Assembly (NCBI RefSeq): GCF_009914755.1
Contig: NC_060935.1
DNA length: 64,000 nt
Reading direction: 5' to 3' (one strand)
DNA from: the human T2T-CHM13v2.0 reference genome, Homo sapiens
Positions 58,110 to 64,000 of the stretch are shown here, in pieces. Positions within the stretch are counted from its first letter, which is position 1, and each line of letters begins with the position of its first letter. The translations under genes and the position numbers were made by a program. Under the pieces are notes generated by a model that did no database searches, was not told the DNA's origin, and saw only the letters and a program-made list of their open reading frames with translations.

Positions 58110-59135
58110 TGACCACTTTAGTAAATTTTTAAAGTCATCTTTACTTAAATCTCATTTACATATAATAAAATTCACATATTTTAAGTAGATATTTGGAGGA
58201 ATGATAAGAAACATGTACGCTTGTATAACCAACACACATTCACAAAATGATCAACTTTCATCAATGTAGAAAGTTTCTTCTTTCTCCTTTTTCAGGTAGT
58301 CACCCTCCAGGCTCAGGTGACCATTGGTCTAGTCTCTAATGTTATAGATTAGTTTTGGCTGTTCAATAACCTCATTTAAATACTTACATAATGTGTTTGT
58401 CTTATTATTGAAGTGGAAGGTTATATACTTTTAGTACAAATTCTTTGTTGGGTGTATGCATTGCAAAAATTTCTTTTTACCTGTACCTTGCATTTCATTA
58501 TTTTAACTTGTTCTGAAGAGTGTAACTTTTTAACTTAGATTAAGTTTATGTTATGTATATTTTTTCCATTATGGTTAGTGTGCTTTGTGTTCTATTAAAA
58601 AAAATACTCTTTGCCTACTCCCAGGTCACAAAGATTATCTCCAGGAAGTTTTAGAGTTTAAATTTTTATGTTTAGATCAATAATGCATGTTGAAATGTTT
58701 TTGTATAGTGTGAGGTAGGGACTAAAGTATGTTTTGTTCCATGTGGATAAAGTTATTGTCACATTACATTTTTTAAAAAAACCTATTCTTCCCTAATGAA
58801 TTACCCTATTGCCTTTACATAAAACCAATGATCATACATGTGGATCTATTATTACACTCCCTTTCTGATTCATTGATTTGTATATCTATCTTTATGCTAA
58901 TACCAAACTGTCTTGATTACTAGATCTTTATCATAAATTTTAAAATCAGGTAATGTACATCCCCCAATTTTTTGCTTGTTTTTTTTTTCCTTTTTCAAAG
59001 TTAGTTTTGGCTATTCTGTGCCCTCTGCATTTCCATATCAACTTTAGAATCAACTTATCAATATGTACAAATAATGTAATTTATCTGGAATTTTGATGGT
59101 TAAATCTATAGGTCGATTTAGGGAGCATAAACATC
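58110..59135 (-). mobile_element. Old L1M relic
   Basis: acatataataaaattcacatattttaagt; tttgcctactcccaggtcacaaagatt; ttttggctattctg...catttccatatcaactttagaatcaactt. Confidence 0.7.
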
Positions 59136-59412
59136 TTGGGAAAGATGCTGAAACTTTCAGAGCCTCTGATTTTTTAATCTGCAAAGTCAAAAAATACTTT
59201 AGATGTGTGTTGGATAGATAGGTAAGATATTTTATGCCGAATTCTTAACCTTGCCTGGCACATAATAAATCCCTACCATTATTTCTATTACTATTATTGT
59301 TAACCAAATGGTTTCACCTGTGTCAGCTTATGTGTTTCTGACCCTAGCCATGTGAATGGAGCAGGACTTATTACCATCAAGCATTTATTGAGAACTCCTC
59401 ACGAGATATTTA

Positions 59413-59766
<354 letters not shown>

Positions 59767-60099
59767 TTAGGTAATAAATTATCTTGCTGGAAATCACACA
59801 GCTAGTGAGTGGTGAAGGCAAGTCTTGAATCAAATAAGTCTTCTAATTCTCACAGTCTTTTCAATATAAATGTATAGAGAAAGGCATGGAAGGAGGCAGG
59901 AAGGCAGACAACTTAGAACAATAATTCATCCTATGCAGAACCAGGATAGGAGCTGACAAAAGAAGAGACTAGCTCAGTTCATTGGTTCTTTTGTTTCTGT
60001 ATCCTTGAGCTCACCACACTTTCCTTTCCTCTACTCACTGGCTCCTTAATCATCCAAAGAATTTTCAGCCTTCCTATAATGGACATAAAGTTTTAAACT

Positions 60100-60320
60100 C
60101 TTATGAAGGCCTGGCTTCCCCACCATTGGGTCAGCCAAATATATTGGGAGCTCAATCGGCCCTCCATCTGCAACACATTCCTGAGCACGTTCCCCGCAGA
60201 TGCCGCATGTGGGTTCGCCTTTAGGCCATTTCCTGACAGCTGACATGCAGTTGACAGAGAACAGGGATGTATATTTTGGTGCAAGTCATCCTGCCTGCTT
60301 GGCTATATTTGCCTTGTTTG
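60100..60320. promoter_or_regulatory. Candidate enhancer (E-box/TALE/TEAD motif cluster with CpG retention)
   Basis: Five CpGs in 60157-60217; five CANNTG boxes in 60165-60253; three TGACA; ACATTCC. Function is inferred only. Confidence 0.4.
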
Positions 60321-62584
60321 ATAGTTTTCACTTTTCAGGATGACCTCATGTTAGAAGCTTCTGGATAATTAATAAACTCCTTCTCTGTCAGCCCTTTTCT
60401 CGTTTCCTGTCAATTTCATGTGCTGTTTCTTAGCTAAGTTTAATCATTGAAAGAATAACCCAAATGAATTAGTGGACATTAGGCTACAGATTAACAATTT
60501 TCACGCCTGGCAGGTCTAGCATTTAGTAGAAACAACTCAACTAATATTCGAAGGCATATGTAAACATTTACTTTACGGTTTGGTGCCAAGTTTCGGTGGA
60601 ATATTAATTTTTATGGACATAGTAATAAACTTGTGCTACTTTGGGGTGAAAAAAAAGGGCATAATGGAAACACTGACATATTCCTGGAAAATTCTGTCTT
60701 ACCCAACTTAAAACTGTAAACATTTTACTAACTAAAAGGCATGGAATACATTGGGTAAACTGGGATACATTTTGTCATAAAAAAATTTCAGTAGAATAAG
60801 TTTTGTTTCTTCAAGCCAATTAGCAGTGCTAAGTGTCATGCTCAAACAACGTCTTTATCCAAATCTGACACACACAGTTTAATATAATTAAACAGTGAGT
60901 AGTTCCCAGATGCTAAGATTCATACAAAAGCAGTGAAGATGGGGAAATTACAGCCCTTCTCAAAAAACTTCATTCAACTAGGTTCTTCTGACATCCTGAG
61001 AAGTACCAGAGCACTCCAGACCTTGGAGGAATGAATATTCATGACTGGACAGAGGGCATGGCTGATGTTATAGGAAAGTCTCAACAAAGGACATTGACCT
61101 TTGAACTTGAGGTAAGATAGAATCTGTTCCTGAGGCACCAGAGAACTCCAGGGAATATTCTCTGATTGTTTAGTGAATAGAGCATCACGGAAATCATAAG
61201 GGTCATATAAGGTCATTCTGTGATATTTGGACCAAACATTGTGGTGCAGTTCAATGTTTAGGACTCAAAGAAAAAAAAATGTTTTTACTAAAGTTTTAAT
61301 TTTGGACTAAGTCTAGGCTTTGAGAAGTTACAAGGAACAAAAATGCCTTTTAGGGATTTTTTTTAAAGCGTATTTTGGGGAGAATTTTTAAAAAATAATG
61401 TTCCATTTATTTAGGAAGCCTACATTTAATTAGTTCATTTTGCAAGCTTATTTATAACATAGACTCAATTGGTGATTTCTTAAGTTAAGATTTTTTTTTT
61501 TACATGGGTTACTCTCAAGCTATCTTTGCCCATTCCAAGCTATGTTTAGATAATGCATAGTAGGTCACATTCTCCAATATCCTGGGAGGGCAGGATTTTT
61601 TTTTTTTTAAGCTATTGAAAAAAAAAAAAAGCTAACCAGGCAAACTTAATACACTTAAATTATCAACATTCGTGGACCAACATTCTGGAATACGTGTTAG
61701 AGCTCAACTCTTCATTTCTTTGTGAGTGTTGTACATGATTAGTAAACATGAATTAAGATAGACCATATATCATTTAAGAGTAAAATTTTCTCTCATCTTT
61801 TAAATCAGAATAAAAATCCAAATGTGAGCATTATAGAGGGTCAAGGAACTTAATTTCTTTAAGCTTCAACTTCTTGAAAAATAAAATATATAATTTTATT
61901 TTATGAGAATGAAATAAGATGACATGTAATTTGCTTAGCATAGAACATAACATATCAGTGCACCCGAAAGATGCAGCCATTTTATTAGAACAAAAGGGCT
62001 GGACTATGTTTTACTGTCATGAAGATAGCTGTGTAGGGTCTCCCCATCTTGATTATATTACTCAGCTGTCCTGTTGAGGCCCAAGGATCATCTTAGATCC
62101 TCATATTGCTTGCATATGGGGACACAGAAATCTGTGTCCTCTGCAGAGTCCACTTTTATTATCCACATGTTGCCTCTTTTCATGGACTTTATCTTTGCTT
62201 TATCTCTCTAATTTTGGCCTCACATCCAGAACTTCAAACTCACATTTTCCTCTGCAGTTATGCAGAGTCTTGCAGACTAAAGGGACTGTCTTCAACCTAA
62301 CCCAAACTGCCTACATGTTGTACTTCTGGTCGTATTCTTTTGGAAACATGTAAAATTATGACATTGACAGAGTCTAAAGTTAAACTGCTTAACTGTAGCT
62401 GGTTACCTTTCCCAACTCGACTTTACAGATTTGTAGCTCAACAGTCCCTATCAGAAAATGTTCTCTACTTCTTATAAAGGTGGGCTAGGTAGGAACTTTT
62501 CCGGAGTAATCGCTGTTAGAGCACAGGTTGGCAGAGTTATGGTTTAAATGTAGCTCTAGTAAATACCTCAATAGTGTAAGGAGA

Positions 62585-62798
62585 CACAGAAGTTAAGAGC
62601 ACAGGCAAGTTTGAATTTGACCCCATCTCCATCACTTACACGCTATGTAATGCTGTTTAAGTGATCTGTCCTTTAAGCAGGACTTTTTCAGCTGGAAAAA
62701 ATGGATAATTGAGGTCCTTGCTGCATAAGGTAATTGTGAAGATTAAAGGAGATGTGGATACCACATGGTAAATTCTTAGTAGATGCCAGCAATTATTA
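62585..62798 (+). mobile_element. MIR
   Basis: gttaagagcacaggc...ctccatcacttac...aaaatggataat...cataaggtaattgtgaagattaaaggagat. Confidence 0.65.
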
Positions 62799-64000
62799 AG
62801 GAAAGGCAATAGACTTGGTTAAGTATTATAATATCTTTCTAAAATAGAGGCTGCCTGAAACTTGAAAGTTGAAACTGGTCAGGGACTGTTCTTCAGGTAC
62901 AAAGAAAACTACAAGGATATATTTTTGGTGATTGGACGGGTAGTGATAAGGGTTGTTAGATATGGCATGGGGACTTCCTTTAAATGGCATGGTTTTCATG
63001 ACACTAAGACTGAGACTCTGAGAATGTGTCAGGATTCTGAAATAGGGCAGAAAAAATATTTGAGATGTGTGTAGTAGTAAAGATAGACAGATACCTTTGG
63101 GAGACAGAGATTTAACAGTGGGGCAGAAAAAAAAAAGACAACCTGGCTGTCAGATCAGTGAACTAACTCATCTGCTTAAGTCAAAGACCCACTGGTTGCA
63201 GAATGGAAGATATTTCATGGCTCCAGTGAAATGAAGTTCTGTTCAATAGATGTGGAAAATAAAAAAAATTTTGCAAGACACCTATCTTAAGTCAGCCAAG
63301 GAGCTGCAAGTGTTGAGAGCTGTAAAATCTGACAGCAATCAAAATTAAAGCTACTTAGCCACATTGAGGGGATGACTCCATGATCTTCATAATGGAGGGT
63401 TATATTTCATAATTTTCAGAAACTCCCCCTGGCTGCCTGTCAAGCTGTGCATAAAAGGACTTGTCTGGGTCATTATTGCTTTGATTACTGCCAAGGGAGC
63501 CAGTGGTGGTTGGAGTATGAGCAGAAGTAGACTGGCATTTTATTACATAAGATTTGTGTCAAATCCAGCTCCAGTTACTCAATACTATTTCAGGATCTGT
63601 CCACTTTACAATAGTTTTCACATGTGGCCACATATAAAAATCTGAGCTTTTCCTTTGATGATTACATGTCTTTACTACAAAACCAGTATGTTCTCAAAGT
63701 TTACCCATGAGATCTGTGAGGTTTAGAAGCAAGACAAGTAGATACTTTAGGCTTGATATAATTCATGTGTATATTTATAATCTGGCCATGTTATATGCTT
63801 TCTTTTTTAATTTTAAAATTGAAGTATTCTACTCCCTGGATTTCTGAAAGGATACAAAAAGACAATACATTAGAAAACCTTTGTGAATGTTAGTGATTGA
63901 TGAAGGAGTAAGTTGTCTTATGAAGAATTATTGTTGTTGCTTGTTGTTATGGGCTAGTTACATTCAATATTAGCTTATATTTTGTGAAACAAATATGAAA

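Noticed and set aside
60135-60147. Possible SRF CArG box
   Set aside because: Nine A/T bases between CC and GG rather than six.

Overview
Primate (human-like; contains an AluY-type element) non-coding, AT-rich, repeat-dense genomic DNA, intergenic or deep intronic. I can support no host protein-coding exon, RNA gene or CpG island. The recognisable ORFs in the track derive from Alu, L1, MaLR or mariner sequence; the rest look like chance ORFs. Main elements: a near-full-length dead L1PB-type LINE (46056-52550, minus) splitting a MER54-like LTR; two complete MaLR proviruses (THE1C-like 15611-18364, MSTA-like 55407-57802) with 5-bp target-site duplications (TSDs); hAT (Charlie1a, MER3) and mariner (HSMAR2) fossils; about a dozen Alu copies or fragments; and many L2, MIR, L1M and solo LTR relics. 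Family names are recognised from memory of consensus sequences, not from a search. Most interesting structures: (1) a 15-bp-TSD-flanked, poly(A)-tailed composite retro-insertion at 41913-42845 (antisense L1 + tail-less Alu + unique polyadenylated sequence); (2) about 70 bp of foreign sequence inside the TSDs at the 5' end of the long L1, a candidate 5' transduction; (3) a 23-bp LTR patch copied into the THE1 internal region; (4) two motif-dense, CpG-retaining unique islands (about 10.3-10.7 kb and 60.1-60.3 kb) that look like enhancers. I found no convincing novel gene system.
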